Shown here one piece after another: positions 1-12,625 of a stretch of DNA of 38,943 bases. The notes under the pieces are model-generated. The model was given only the letters and a program-made list of their open reading frames with translations. It was not told the DNA's origin and did no database searches. The position numbers were made by a program, and so were the translations under genes. Numbering within the stretch: position 1 is the first letter of the stretch; each line of letters begins with the position of its first letter. The stretch spans positions 1-38,943 of the forward strand of contig JYFJ02003670.1 of NCBI GenBank assembly GCA_000934665.2. Reading direction: 5' to 3'. Source of the DNA: Catajapyx aquilonaris (Eukaryota).

Positions 1-429
1 TGAGGTACAAGTTGCATGACGTTGGATTGTACAACCTCAGGAAACAACCTTGACGTGGTTGGAATATGAGGTCGCAAGGTTGCTCCTCACTGGCGAGGTT
101 GTGAGGTTGCGAAACCCAACCTCCACGCGACCTGTGAGGTACAAGTTGTCTGACGTTGGATTGTACAACCTCAGGAAACAACCTTCACATAGTTGGAAAA
201 TGAGGTCGCATAGTTGTAACTAACGTTGCAAGGTTGTAAGGTTGCAGAATGCAACCTTCTACAACCTCACTGGAGTTGTAAATAACCAGGTCGTATTAGG
301 CGCAACCTATACGCAACCTGTTAACAACCTCGCAACCTCGAAACAACCTAGTTTCAACCTAAAATACAACCTCGCAACCATGGAACAACCACATACAACT
401 TCATTACAACCTTAAAATTTCCGTAAGGG
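1..429. mobile_element. End of a non-autonomous DNA transposon with internal 134-bp tandem units and CAACCT/AGGTTG sub-repeats (possibly CMC/EnSpm-type); truncated by the window edge
   Basis: TGAGGTACAAGTTG..TGACGTTGGATTGTACAACCTCAGGAAACAACCTT starts at 1 and again at 135. CAACCT/AGGTTG motifs are dense in both orientations. The repeat stops abruptly at TTTTCCGTAAGGG (417-429), which looks like a TIR. The superfamily is inferred. Confidence 0.55.
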
Positions 430-2959
430 TGGACATGGGGCACCTAAAAAAATTTACCAGTCGAGTCATCGACCTATTGCGATATGTGATGATTGGCCTT
501 AATCATGCATGTTGCCGGTACTTACCAACTGGCCAGTTAGCAGTATGCACCGGCCGCAACTGGAAGCTCTCCTGATGTCAGACACGGTGAGCATGGGCAC
601 ATCCAGCCCCTCAGTTCCGGTCCGCTGTGGTGGCTCAAGTCACGTCCATGCTGCAAAACAAAGCCCCAATGTCACAACCACGCCAGACAGGCCCACACAC
701 CTTCAAACCATGCACAGGGCAATAAAAGCATGCCCCAACTTGCGCTAAAACAATCTCCCGAGCCCCACCCTACACTTGCCCCCAGTGCGTGCATCAACCT
801 GTGTCCTGCCCCTGGTCCTGCCCCTGCTTCCTTCAACGTCCATTCTTCAGCTCCACTTGCACCAGTCTAGGGCCACCCACACCCACCCACAATGGCTTTC
901 CTCCCACCGCCTCCCACCAACCCAAGCCAGCAGCGTTGCAATCCCTCCCAACCATCCCCTCTCCTTCCCACAGGGACTCTTCCCTTCCCAAAGGGTACTC
1001 TTGGCAACAGGGACTCCCGAGGGAATGGGGTGGACAGGGAGGGAAGGAGAAGGAAAAGGGGGGAGAAGTAGCCTCTACCCTCGGGGGTGTCTGGCAGTAG
1101 GAGGGGACGAAAGTTGCAACACGCCTTTGCTAGCCTCCACACCAGGCCCCTTGAAATAAGCAAATGCTGGATAAACTTGCACTACTCAAGTCAGTGAGAA
1201 TTTGTGAAGAAATAGCAGCAAATAATTATTTCAACCATGATATGCTTATGATAATGACGCATGATGCATTTCAGAATTATTCCCACACTCTTGGCTGCAC
1301 TCTTGGATGCACTATGAAGAAGAGGAGCTACTTACATAGGTGGGCCTGCCATCATTGGGGTCCCAGAAGCCCAATCGTACTTTGCGAGAAATAACCTTCC
1401 AGGAGCAGACGCTCAACCCAAACACACAAGACAAGGTCTCATAACGACAGAAACAAAAAAAAAATACGATCAGCATGTACCAAAAAAATGACCAGAACGT
1501 GATGAGCCCACAAGGACACCCATGTCCGTATTCTGAGCATGTGCCTCAATGGAAAGGTGCGAGCTAGATACTATTATACAACAAACACAGCATATACTGG
1601 TTTTAGTGTAGCTGTTAGATACTGAATAATAATCAGGAAAATTAAATACTTGGTCTTGTAGAGCAATGACATATCTTTGATCACATTACCAGTAAACCTT
1701 AATCCTTTTGAGGAAATCAAGTGTTAATTTGTACCATTCACCCAATTTTCACCAATTTCCAGGTTCAATATTAGGTGTACAAGACAGAGGAACTCTGAGG
1801 TATTTATCACACTAATTTTTTCTTGACTGGCGCAAATAGGAAAACCATCCAGTACGGTTTCAGAGGCAGTGAATCTGCAGCAGAGGCGATCATTCTAAGA
1901 AATGACTCATTTTAAAGGCGCAGTCAGATTTAGGAATTTTGTTTTTCGCAAACACTTGACCTACTGACACCGCGTCTCAATAATAGACACATGTCATGTG
2001 TGTTGCATAGTGATGAGTTACATTGTAATACGTTAACAGTGAATGTTGTGTTGCATAGTGATTGCATGTAAATAAAGGACTCCTTGACTAGCTGCATTCA
2101 GAACGGTCGTACTTTACCTTTGCTCTCCATTTCCCTGCCCTCCTACGTTCGGCAGGGATCATAACAATGTGGTAAGTGGTACAAGTATGGGCAATGACTT
2201 TCCAAGCCATTAAAAAAAATGGAAGGGCTGATATATTACATGAGACCAGCTGTACTGGCTGGGACCTCAGGCATTTTCCGTCTCTGGAAATGAAAATAGG
2301 ACCAACATTGCATCGGAGGAGAACACAGTAGAAGTGCAGAGATTCCACCCAAGTCAGTATAGATAACAAGACTGTGCAGGAGGATCTCTCTTCATCATCA
2401 ATTCACACAGACATCCTCAATAATAAACTGCGTTTTATGTTCCTTATGCAATATTTTTGCATTGTGAAGATGTAACTTTGGGGCCCGATCCATTTCAGCA
2501 GATAGAACAGAACGGGACAATCATGTCCAGGAGCAGGTGCCTCTGTCGCCCTCGTTTACCTTCACACCTGTCCATTGTTGTCCACACTGGTTGCATGACA
2601 CAAACACAATGATTCTACTACCCTTGGAAACCTCTGGTCTTTCAACTTCCACACAAGACTGGTCTGCGCCTCAGCCTAGCAATATAACGTCTCTCTGCGT
2701 ACTTGAATATAGTGTTTAGGTGGAATCATGTTCACACACACACACAACTACAAAGCATGGGGGTTTCTGAACACCGCTCCTTTTGCCATAATTACTGGCC
2801 TCACAAATATACATAGACAGATTAAGGACAAATAACCTATATATTTCTGATAAACCATATAAATATACAGACTTACAAGATTAATAATGCTGTAACGTCC
2901 AAGAGTTGTAACACAAACAACACTAGATTAAATACATTCGTACGTGTATTATATGAGTT

Positions 2960-4000
2960 GCATTTTTCCTGGACAAACAGAAGTGCGTCAAGATCATGTC
3001 TCCCTCCTACTGTAAATGTCTTAATATGGCATGGCCAAATCCTTTGCATATGCCTTATGTAACAGAATCGGCTTATTTTTTGGAACACAAGCATAGGTAT
3101 CGAGAAGAAAGCGGCTTTGACACTCTCAATGCTGAGCAGCTTAAATTTAGGCATGTGGATGACTTTTCATGTGGCAACAAATGGGTGGCAACAGAATGAT
3201 CATGTGCATTTTGCAGAAAGCAGCCAGGTTCAGTTAAAATATCAGGGACTGAGCATCACTAATATATTACTTTAAATGCGACTGTTATGAAAAGCCTGAG
3301 AAAACACCTCGGAAGAGGACCATGCCACATCATAAGACTTCTGGAACTAGTAATAAACATTCCAAGGCTAACCGGCTATGTAACTGTTGACAAGAGCTAA
3401 GTAACTGTTGACGACATCAGGTATATTTTACCAACCAGCAAACCAGAAGAATTTAGCTAGGTATGATGGTATTTCATCTGCCTAAAACATGCTACATATC
3501 ATCCGAGGCCTATCCTACACCCATCCAGATGATGAAGGAAGTCAGCACAAAAGACAAAGTCATGATTTCTAGGTGACACCTGGTGACACTCATCCAGTAC
3601 ACATGCGGTGACAGCTGCAATATTCATCTTTCTAATCATCTTCTCTAATCAGTGTCACGACCAACCTGAAGGTTTATCTCAGAAATAATGTAGCGACCCC
3701 AACATACATGGTCCGACAATTAGTGTAACACCGGTACACCAAAACTGACACCCAAACTGAGGCCATGTCACTCGATACTTGCCCAGATACCCCAACGGCC
3801 CAGTGGTGTGCAGACAGTAGACGCCACGAAGGGTGGCGCCGAAATAATATGAGAAGCATTTGGAACCGGAACTACGACGCAAAGTTGTCAAAGGATTTAT
3901 ACCTGTTGAGATTACTGATTGGCAAACTGCCGGGGGGGAGACCCGAAGGATAAAAATATATGGATAAGATTACCAATAATATCTGAGAGCCTACACCAGT
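2960..4000 (+). pseudogene. Decayed ORF of unknown function; apparent distant paralogue of the triplicated minus-strand unit
   Basis: Translated blocks LDKQKCVKI, YCKCLNMAWPN and YITLNATVMKSLRKH (3263-3307) resemble, in the same order, minus-strand blocks MENQK/VRI, Y-NCNDI-PWQN (across frameshifts) and YIFMNTTVAKSAVRKH (12045-11998). Many stops and frameshifts. Confidence 0.4.
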
Positions 4001-4893
4001 GGAGAACATCCATGATATACAGCATCCTACATGATCAACTTATGAACTTAGGCGCATCAATATACAATATGCAACATCTGATAGGAAAAAAAAAGTGATC
4101 CCCCTCTCAATTCACTGTTGCCACAGCAATAGTAAAATCAAGGCACATATGCTCTCAATCTGCAACCATTGAAAATGTGTCAGAAACATAACATACCAGT
4201 TACCACTCTTGACATTCACTGAATCTGCCGAAAGCATGCTGTACCAACACCTGCTGTAAAATTCACAGAGTGCCAGAGGTTAAAATAAGATCCATATGCA
4301 CCACAGCACTTATAAGAATTACGCAGAGATGGAAGTATATGTTCTACACATCATGCGGATCCTGGATTGATTGAACAAAGAGCCACAAATGTCCCAGGAC
4401 TACTCTGCTGGGCATGGTGGCCATTAGACAACTTTGAGATCAAGTCTTTATGGTGATTACTCCTTTGATAAGAAATGTTACGACTTTTTCTTATTTTCAA
4501 TTCTGTATTTTGCATTGCGTGTAATAGTATGAACAATTATTCACTCCACCGGTCACAAGCAAGACAAGTGTCTATGAGGTCCTATGAGGGAGAGATCAAA
4601 AGAGTTCCTTGGCACACTTCTTCAGAAGAGGCAGAAGATAATCATAAGCACACCCGACGACCATACAAACCCGTAATTCAGGTCAGCCATGGCCGATTCA
4701 GCTAAACACTACCTATTGGACCACCAAGAGGGCCTAGGGAGATGCATTGAAATCTATTTGGGGAATGCGAATGGTTTCATACTGTATATGTTATTGTTGT
4801 AGTTGAAGATGACCTGGAACTTTTAAATGTTTCATATCATTTTCTCAATATGCTGATAAACCACGCTCATTGAGGCATACCAGGTTAAATATA

Positions 4894-5424
4894 CAGGGTG
4901 TAAATGAATTCAGCCGACAAACTTGTAGGGGTGATAGAGGGGACCAAGACAAACATATTTGACATAGGAAACCGTGTCCGGAAACGCCATCTAGAGGGGG
5001 TTCATAGACGAGGAACGGGTGCGCTCAGACGCGTCAGGCGAGAGGCGCTAGGCGAGCGGACCGTTTAGTTGCTAGGTGGCGGGCGGATTGTACACAACTT
5101 TGGGCATTTCGCCATAACCTGGCAACAACAGAGTTGTTGTTTATTATCTGCGCGCTACCTAGCATGCTGACTTTACTTGCTAGGTGGCTCTGCTGTTCCC
5201 AGGTTATGGTGAATTGCAAAGCTGTGTACAATCCACCCGACACCTAGCAACTAAACGGTACGCTCGCTAACACAGCCAGCCTGACGCGTCTGAGCGCACC
5301 CGTTCCTTGTCTATGAACCCCCTCTAGATGGCGTTTCCGGACACGGTTTCCTATGTCAAATATGTTTGTCTTGGTCCCCTCTATCACCCCTACAAGTTTG
5401 TCGGCTGAATTCATTTACACCCTG
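4894..5424. mobile_element. Tc1/mariner-type MITE, 531 bp, almost fully palindromic
   Basis: TA|CAGGGTG...CACCCTG|TA with TA TSD at 4892-4893 and 5425-5426. TIRs are about 146 bp (4894-5039 vs 5279-5424) with one visible mismatch, and imperfect pairing continues toward the centre. Confidence 0.95.
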
Positions 5425-6996
5425 TATTGAAGCCCACCTGCTTGCGACCATTTCCCAGTGACGACCATACTATCTTCAGAAGACATCTTGCAATAAAGAC
5501 TATGCAAAGCAAGGTTCAAAGCACGACTATTAGTATATAGGCCTACATGTACAAGACATTTATTCAAAGAAAACGTAGTGTATCTAACATGCCATACAAA
5601 AAAATGAATGAAAGTTTGTGGTTATTGCCATTTGTGAACATGTAATACGCCATATAAATATTGCAAGGGTATACATTCATGAACTTAGCCAAGAAATCAC
5701 CATACAATGTTGCAGAAAGATAACACTGTGGGACTTACAGACCGACAGTTTTTTTAATTCGTTTATATATGCGGGTTGCAATTAGTTAGAATGGTAAAAT
5801 TATCATACTCAAGGTCACAAAACAACAACTTCATTAACACTCTGCTGACCATCTACCAGAAGTGTCATTCTGCCGGTCTTAATGAGGTGGCCAAGTTTTT
5901 ATAGAGAAAATGTCACACCATGATGGTGGAGAATATTGAGTTGGACATTTATCAACAAGATGGCAATCCAATGCCCAGAATGAGGGAAACAATGGCCAAG
6001 TCAGTGTGCTAGAAGCAGGTATAGGTACTCTTCAGTATGCATTCCGGTCTCATACTTCATGAGCCGACGCAGCTAGGCTTTACTTGAAGGATGAGACACA
6101 CAGACTTACATCCCAACCGGTTAGTACGACCAAGAGCTAATAACAGTACGACCATCAAGAGCTAATAACGGTACGACTATGTCATCTGACTTACCAAAGA
6201 ATCACAACTTCATATGTATTATTATGATTGACATAGCCTAATCTGGAATGAACACATTGTCTCAGGTCTTGTTGCATTCCCCATAGATCCTACATGATGA
6301 ATGCTCACAAAATTTCCTGCGAGAAATGAAAATATTAATTCTGTTGGTTCAAGTTTTGTTCTTGCACAAATGCTACGACTACGGCCACTTTAAATGACCC
6401 ACTGGGACTAAGTTGCCACAATAACAAGAGAGATCTGGTATACACACTTCTGGTGTATAAATGAACATCATGGTGAGACTCTCTCAATGTTAAATAAGAT
6501 GCACTGTTGAAGCTCTTGAAGGGCATCCACCACAGTGGTGGAAGAATAGGACAGACCATTTATGATTATCTCATGATGACAGACCTGACCACCTTGAATT
6601 AAAAGGCCCCATACATATCAGGGCCAAGAGGAACAATGCAAGTGTCAGTCACAGACAAAGATGACCTGACAGCAGCGGGCAGGCCCAGGGGCAGAGGGAC
6701 AAGCGGGCGGAACACAACCGACGGCCATTAAGACAAAGAGAACGAGTGACGTCACAGGGGGGCACAGTCACATCGCGGGTTGAAGTAACGGCTACTGGAT
6801 ATCGCGCCTATCACAAGCTGTTATTCGCCTAATTGTATAAGTGGAAGAACAGCTACTGGAAAATAACGTTTAATCTCATCCTTAAGAGGACGCCAGGAGT
6901 GTAGGCCTGGAAATAAGGAGATGACGTCATTCCCACTCTATCTCCAAGTGACGCTATCGTGGTTCCAACCCTGCCTGCCTCCCTCCTGTTCCTTTT

Positions 6997-7014
6997 TCTC
7001 TCTCTCTCTCTCTC
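6997..7014. repeat. (CT)n microsatellite
   Basis: Direct reading of the sequence. Confidence 0.85.
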
Positions 7015-7229
7015 TTCCCTTCGCCTTGGTGAGGACTGGACGTGTGTCGCGTTCTGTCCGCATATATCCGTGTCTCTCTCGCCCCGGGGCCGCCCCCGGG
7101 GCGTGCCCGCAGCAGCACCAGGTTTGCATCGTGGTTAAGCCTGCCGAATATTTTGCAAGTGTTGTTTCCAACAGAGCGGTGTAGTACGATGTTCTTCGTA
7201 CGTGTCGTCGTCGTGAGGTTAGTTAGTCT

Positions 7230-9197
7230 GCAGTCCTGCTGGCGTCCGTCGCGAGGTGTTCCTGTTTGATTCGTCCACTGTTTGGCCTCGTCGCATCTTC
7301 TGATTGCCGTCGTCGCCATGCAGTCATTATTTCATCATTCAGTCCAGAATTTATGGTGTTCCGTCTTAGGATATGATAGCTTGGATCCTATTTACTTGTT
7401 GTCTTACTCTTAGGTGCATGATGATTGTGCATTACTGGCCGAGTCGCCCTATCTACGGAAAGATCATTTTTGTATACATGCTTAATGTATTTGAAAAGTT
7501 GACCTGAATCAGGCAACTTATCGGCTGTGTCAGCTAATCTTGAACAGAAATTGTTGGTACCTACTGTGGTGTGCATTACTTACAACTTATTATGTTAGTA
7601 CTGGCATCTGTAAGCAAAACCTTTCCTAGCCCTGTTTGAGTGGCTATTGACCTCGTGGCAGAGTGTGTAAATTTTGTGCTAGAATAATTGAAATGATGAT
7701 AGTGTAATTGGGAGTGGGCAGTGTTAATTACAACAGTATTGTGCATGTCTCAGGTGTGAGTGTGGTCAGCATTCCACTTTCTTGCATTTTTCTTGATAAG
7801 TAATGGTCAGCATGTGACCTGAGTTGACGGTCGTTTTCAGATGTTTGTCGTTACCAGATTATTATTTATGTCTAGAAGGTGACCCTTGATCAGTGCAGTA
7901 ACACCTTTATCTGGCATTTATGTGCCATTTCTACAACAGTTGGATTTCGTCATATCCTTGTACTGTAGGACACAGAATCGACTGCATGCCTGCCTCAAGC
8001 ACCAAGCAATATTGGTGCATTTATATTGCTTCTTCTCAGCACTCTTTGCTACTAGAGAGGGATATGGGTAACATAGCCTATATGTAAGCTATAGGCTTTT
8101 TATGAGACACTCTTTGCTATTGTAGTGTTCAAGAAAATATTGAAGAGTTGATGCCATGTAAATCTTGCTATTGGAAAATAAAGACCTGTGATATGCTAAT
8201 ATGCTATATGAAGTACGTGACACACCAAACTCTTCACCAATAAGGGATTAACTGCTGGAACAGCTAAATAATGGGCACAAACTACTGGAGCAGGTCTGAC
8301 TGGCCAGAATGACTGTGTGTGTGTGGATTCAATTACGTGCTTGATCCGTTGTTCAAAATATTGTCACTTGCTAACTGCCAAGAGTTGCTTGTTTTTTTAT
8401 AAATAATGCATTTTACTCAAATTTTCAAACTATGCATATATCATCACAGTTCAGTAAGTTATCACAGAAAAGTGAGTTTTAATTCTCACCCTTCTGGTTT
8501 TCCATATGACGTGTAATCGCCAAGTCCTTTTCTTGCGTTAGAAATGGCATTTTGTCGCAATTTGCACTATATAGCATTTTATTCTACATAATTATAGAGA
8601 GTACCTGCATTGGACCTTGTTGTCATCCTGGCATACAGGTACTGAAGTACTGTGTAATTCCTACTCCCTGTCCCCCTCCACATCCTTTCCACCCGCCATT
8701 TCTGGCCCATCCCTCCAGCCAGATCACCCGAGACAAGATCTCTCTCAGGTTATGTAATGTATAAGATGTCTTTCTCTCTTCGTTGTTCCACCTGACCCAT
8801 TTAGTGTACATGTCAATTAGGCAGCACGTTTTCAGTTTCATTCCGGGCATATTTACAAGTATTTAAGATTACAGGCAGACCTTATGGAGAGTATAATCCA
8901 CTTTGTTACGAATCATCTCCACTGCATGTTAATATTTCCATGTTCTTCAATTCCCATTGGGGCTGAGTTGGTTGCATACAATCCAACAAAAGATTTTTGC
9001 TCAACCTAAACAGACGCCAAAATTGACAATCAGTCAGATGCACTATTACGAGGTTTGGACGGAACAGATGAGGATCAATTAATTCGGCCAGGGATGCAAT
9101 TATGGACTTCTGTCTGTGTGTACTGACCATGCAGGAACTAATTTCTGGTGAATGATTCGCTGGCCTCCGTCGGAAGTCAATAATGTCATCAGCTATA
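7230..9197 (-). repeat. Copy A of a local segmental triplication (decayed coding-like DNA)
   Basis: Shares long matches with copies B and C, such as CCAGAATTTATGGTGTT, ATTGTTGGTACCTACTGTGGTGTGCATTA, CACAAACTACTGGAGCAGGTCTGACTGGCCAGAA and TTTTTGCTCAACCTAAACAGACGCCAAAATTGACAATCAGTCAGAT. It is more diverged than B is from C. Confidence 0.9.
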
Positions 9198-9460
9198 CAG
9201 GGTGGTCCTGACAATCATGCATCCAACAAGACCTGATGCATATGGAATGTGGGTTGCACCAAGGGGGACACAGGATAGTGCTGCAGGGTACATTACGGAT
9301 GGCGCCACTGACCGTGACCCGGGGTCAAAGTCACATTCGTCAATGGAAACCCCCATAATTTATTCCAGATATTGACACTACATGAAAAGCAAAGACACTT
9401 TCACGGGGACCACATTGTCAATTGAATCCGCCAACAGCGGCAAAAAAAAAATGTTGAAGA
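9198..9460. mobile_element. Truncated Tc1/mariner-type element end inserted at TA
   Basis: TA|CAGGGTGGTCC begins exactly where homology to copy B stops (the empty site is CAGCTATA|CCCAG at 12618-12630). No second TIR was found, so the right boundary is approximate. Confidence 0.65.
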
Positions 9461-9639
9461 TGGTGATATTCACCTTGGTTGTGACCTGCAATATGAAACA
9501 AATGTTACCTATTAACTTTATGGAAGCAGTGTCGGTATAGTATTACATTTTGCATTTGTCTAACAGGAACTGGATTTTGTTTTTTTTTTGTTTTCTGCAT
9601 CAACGTGCAGGTATTTGAGGTAGGCATAGACAGCTTCAT

Positions 9640-10650
9640 AGTTCCACCAGACAAGGACCACTTTCTGCTTGCTGTGGAAATCTAAATACCAATTTTAGAC
9701 AAAGAATATGATACGTTGTGCACATCATCACAGGCTGATTGTTGCAGCAAATATCCCTATTATTTAATATTTGGCGCAATATTGTGCCTTCGTGAAGAAA
9801 GTTGGTCTTTGCAGTCCTTGTGGATGATGAGAGACATTGGCGAGGGGCCTTTATGGTCGGGTCGCCGTAACTCTGACACAGTCCTTTGTCTGGTCTCATT
9901 AATCATACGGCTTTGGGAGCGAACAGTATGTACGTATTTAAAATCAAGTAAAAATACGCAAAGTTGTGCACAGGTACCGTTGGTATGGTCAATATAGTGT
10001 ACCACGGAGTATTCTTGTAACCTTCTTTCCACTCTTCCACCCTCTTCTTCTGTGTGACATCAATGGGCGTGAGATTGTGAGGAATGGGACTGTAGTAAGC
10101 TATTTGCTCCGTCATGTTGTCATATCCGATGTCCCCAAAGAACCTCCGAATCTGCTTAGCTGACATCCTTGGTGGTGTCATGGGCGCATAATGCTGTGAC
10201 AGTTGCTCACCATTGGCATCCTCTTGTGAAGGACTCCCGACAAGGACAAGTGGTGTTTCCTTGACAGCCGGTGTTGTGGAAAAGTCCATTCCGTCCTCCT
10301 CCTCCGGTTAGTCTGTCACACACATTGCATTTGGTGGTGTAGGTTCATCTACCTTCATTCTTTCCTCTTCTTCTGCTTCTTCATGTTGATGTACATGGTC
10401 GATGTCATCATCTTCTGACCATTCACCAAATATGTCGAATAGTATGTCCTTCCTTGTCTTCTCCAACACAACTGCAGATGGCTGGGTTTGATACTCTTCA
10501 TCTTCATCCTCTGATAGGGGCCTAAATAATGGTCTGAAGAGATGGTCCTTCTCTTCTTCGTGCTTAGGGTGGGTTCTTTTCGTCTCTCTTCTACTTCGTC
10601 GTCGTCCCGTTCGGCGAAAAGGAAGACCCCAATTCTTTTTTTCCAGGTTT
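9640..10650 (-). pseudogene. Decayed ORF with acidic and Pro-rich N-terminal part, function unknown
   Basis: Consecutive minus-strand frames read RDDDEVEERRKEP.., PLSEDEDEEYQTQPSAVVLEKTRKDILFDIFGEWSEDDDID.., EAEEEERMKVDEPTPP.., then ORF 9903-10289 and ORF 9760-10032. Frameshifts lie between them. Confidence 0.5.
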
Positions 10651-10656
10651 TAGCCT

Positions 10657-12625
10657 CTTGGGGTCATAAATGTGGAGGAATTATTCCTCTGCAGCTATGT
10701 AGACGATGCTATTTTCTCTTTATTGTATTGTTCTTGCCGTGTTGTGAACTGTCTAACTTCTGTCTCTTATTGAATTAAAGAACCACTATTGGCACTTGGA
10801 AAACGGACTGCCGTGTGTTCCATGGTGTATGCCTGTTTGTAGCATGTAAGGGCATTGTATTTGTGGCAAAATACTTGTAAATCAATATGCATGGCACTGC
10901 CCTCTGGTGCTTATCGAAATAACTGATTCATTTGAGAAATATAGCTGAACATTTTACAGGGACAAAGCAACGTGATAATTAATTGAAAAACAAATTGCTG
11001 TAATTTGAATTAAATTATTAAGTATGTATAGGGTACGACCACAGTTTTATGTACCTTAAAGGCGCACGGTACCTCCTACTTGCCCAACTGGTCCACTCCC
11101 ACACTACGTGGTGAGGTTTGATCATCACAGATATGGATCATTATTGTTGCGTCATGTTGCCGTCACGTCGCAAGTTGCACATCCTGGTGTTCTTTGCTTG
11201 CAGATTGTCCGTGTACCTCGTCGCATCGTCTGTCTGAGGTCATCATGCAATCATTATTTAATGCTGAAGCCCAGAATTTATGGTGTTCGTCGTGGAATAG
11301 GAAGCGTTGGTCACAATTGACGCAGTTGCCATGACTATTGGACGCATGTTCATTGTGCAGTACTGGCAGGGTCATCCAAGCTGGAGAGGTACGTTTGTGT
11401 ACATCCTTGTGCATTTTCAGAGTAGGCCAAAAGCAGGTGTGATAATAGGAGCAACTTATTGGCTGTGTCACGGTATCTTGAACAGCAATTGTTGGTACCT
11501 ACTGTGGTGTGCATTATTCAATAAAACACAACTTAGTACTGTCGTGTTCGTAATCAATCTTTTCCAGCCCTGGTTGAGTATGGTAATATAGCCTCTTGAC
11601 AGTTTGTAATTAAGCTTGTGGTATATTAATTGCAATGAAGATAGTGTACATTGTCAGTGGAAAGTGATGATTACACACACAGTATTGTTGTGTATGTGGA
11701 ATTTGTCTAAAGTGAGAGTATGGTCAGCATGCGACGATAGGTTTCTGTGCTGTTGTGTGTGTGTTTGTGATTTTTTTTTAGCCTTTGTCGTCGCCAGAAG
11801 CTTTACGACGTATGTCAAGAATCTGGCTTCATGTGACATTTGAAATAAGCAAACAAGTTCGTATTTATTGGTCACCCGACCTCCTCTTTTATTGTACTGA
11901 CTGACCAGTAGAGAAATTACTTGCAGTGGTTGGAAATGTGTACGACACAAAATAATATACATATCAAGCACCAGGCAACACCACTGATGCATTTATGGTG
12001 TTTCCTCACAGCACTCTTTGCTACTGTAGTGTTCATGAAAATATAGAGGAGTTGACTGCATGTAAATATTGCTATTGGAAATAATGACCTGTAATATGCT
12101 ATGAATTTCCTGACACACCAAACTCTTCACCAAGGGATTAACTGCTGGATCAGCTTTAAAAATGTGCACAAACTACTGGAGCAGGTCTGACTGGCCAGAA
12201 CGACACTCTGTGGATTCGATGATGATCCGTTGTTCAAAATAATGTTATTTGCTAACTGCCAAGAGTTGCTTGTCTTTTTATAAGTGATGCTTGTGCATGG
12301 TCTGTCTCCAAACGAATTTTACTGAAATTCCCAAACTATGCTGTCGTTCTGCCATGGATATATCATTGCAGTTCAGTAAGTTGTCACGGAAAAGTGAATT
12401 TTAATTCTCACTCTTTTTGCTCAACCTAAACAGACGCCAAAATTGACAATCAGTCAGATACACTATTATACGGGGTTTGGAAGGAACAGATGAGGATCAA
12501 ATAATTCGGCCAGGGATGCAATTCTGCACTGTGTTGTGGTCCTACATGCAGAAACTATTTGCCAACTAATATCTGATGAATGATTCGCTGGCCTCCGTCG
12601 AAAGTCAATAATGTCATCAGCTATA
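10657..12625 (-). repeat. Copy B of the segmental triplication
   Basis: Near-identical to 13864-15990 over long stretches; for example, ORF-track peptides 11307-11591 and 14923-15186 are almost the same. Lacks about 500 bp present in copy A (about 8491-8993). Confidence 0.93.

Noticed and set aside
1..430. CRISPR array
   Set aside because: The whole 134-bp unit repeats with no unique spacers, there are no cas genes, and the context is eukaryotic.
776..1163. Overlapping ORFs of 98-127 aa
   Set aside because: They arise from C-rich and G-rich low-complexity DNA that is open in several frames, with no domain motif.
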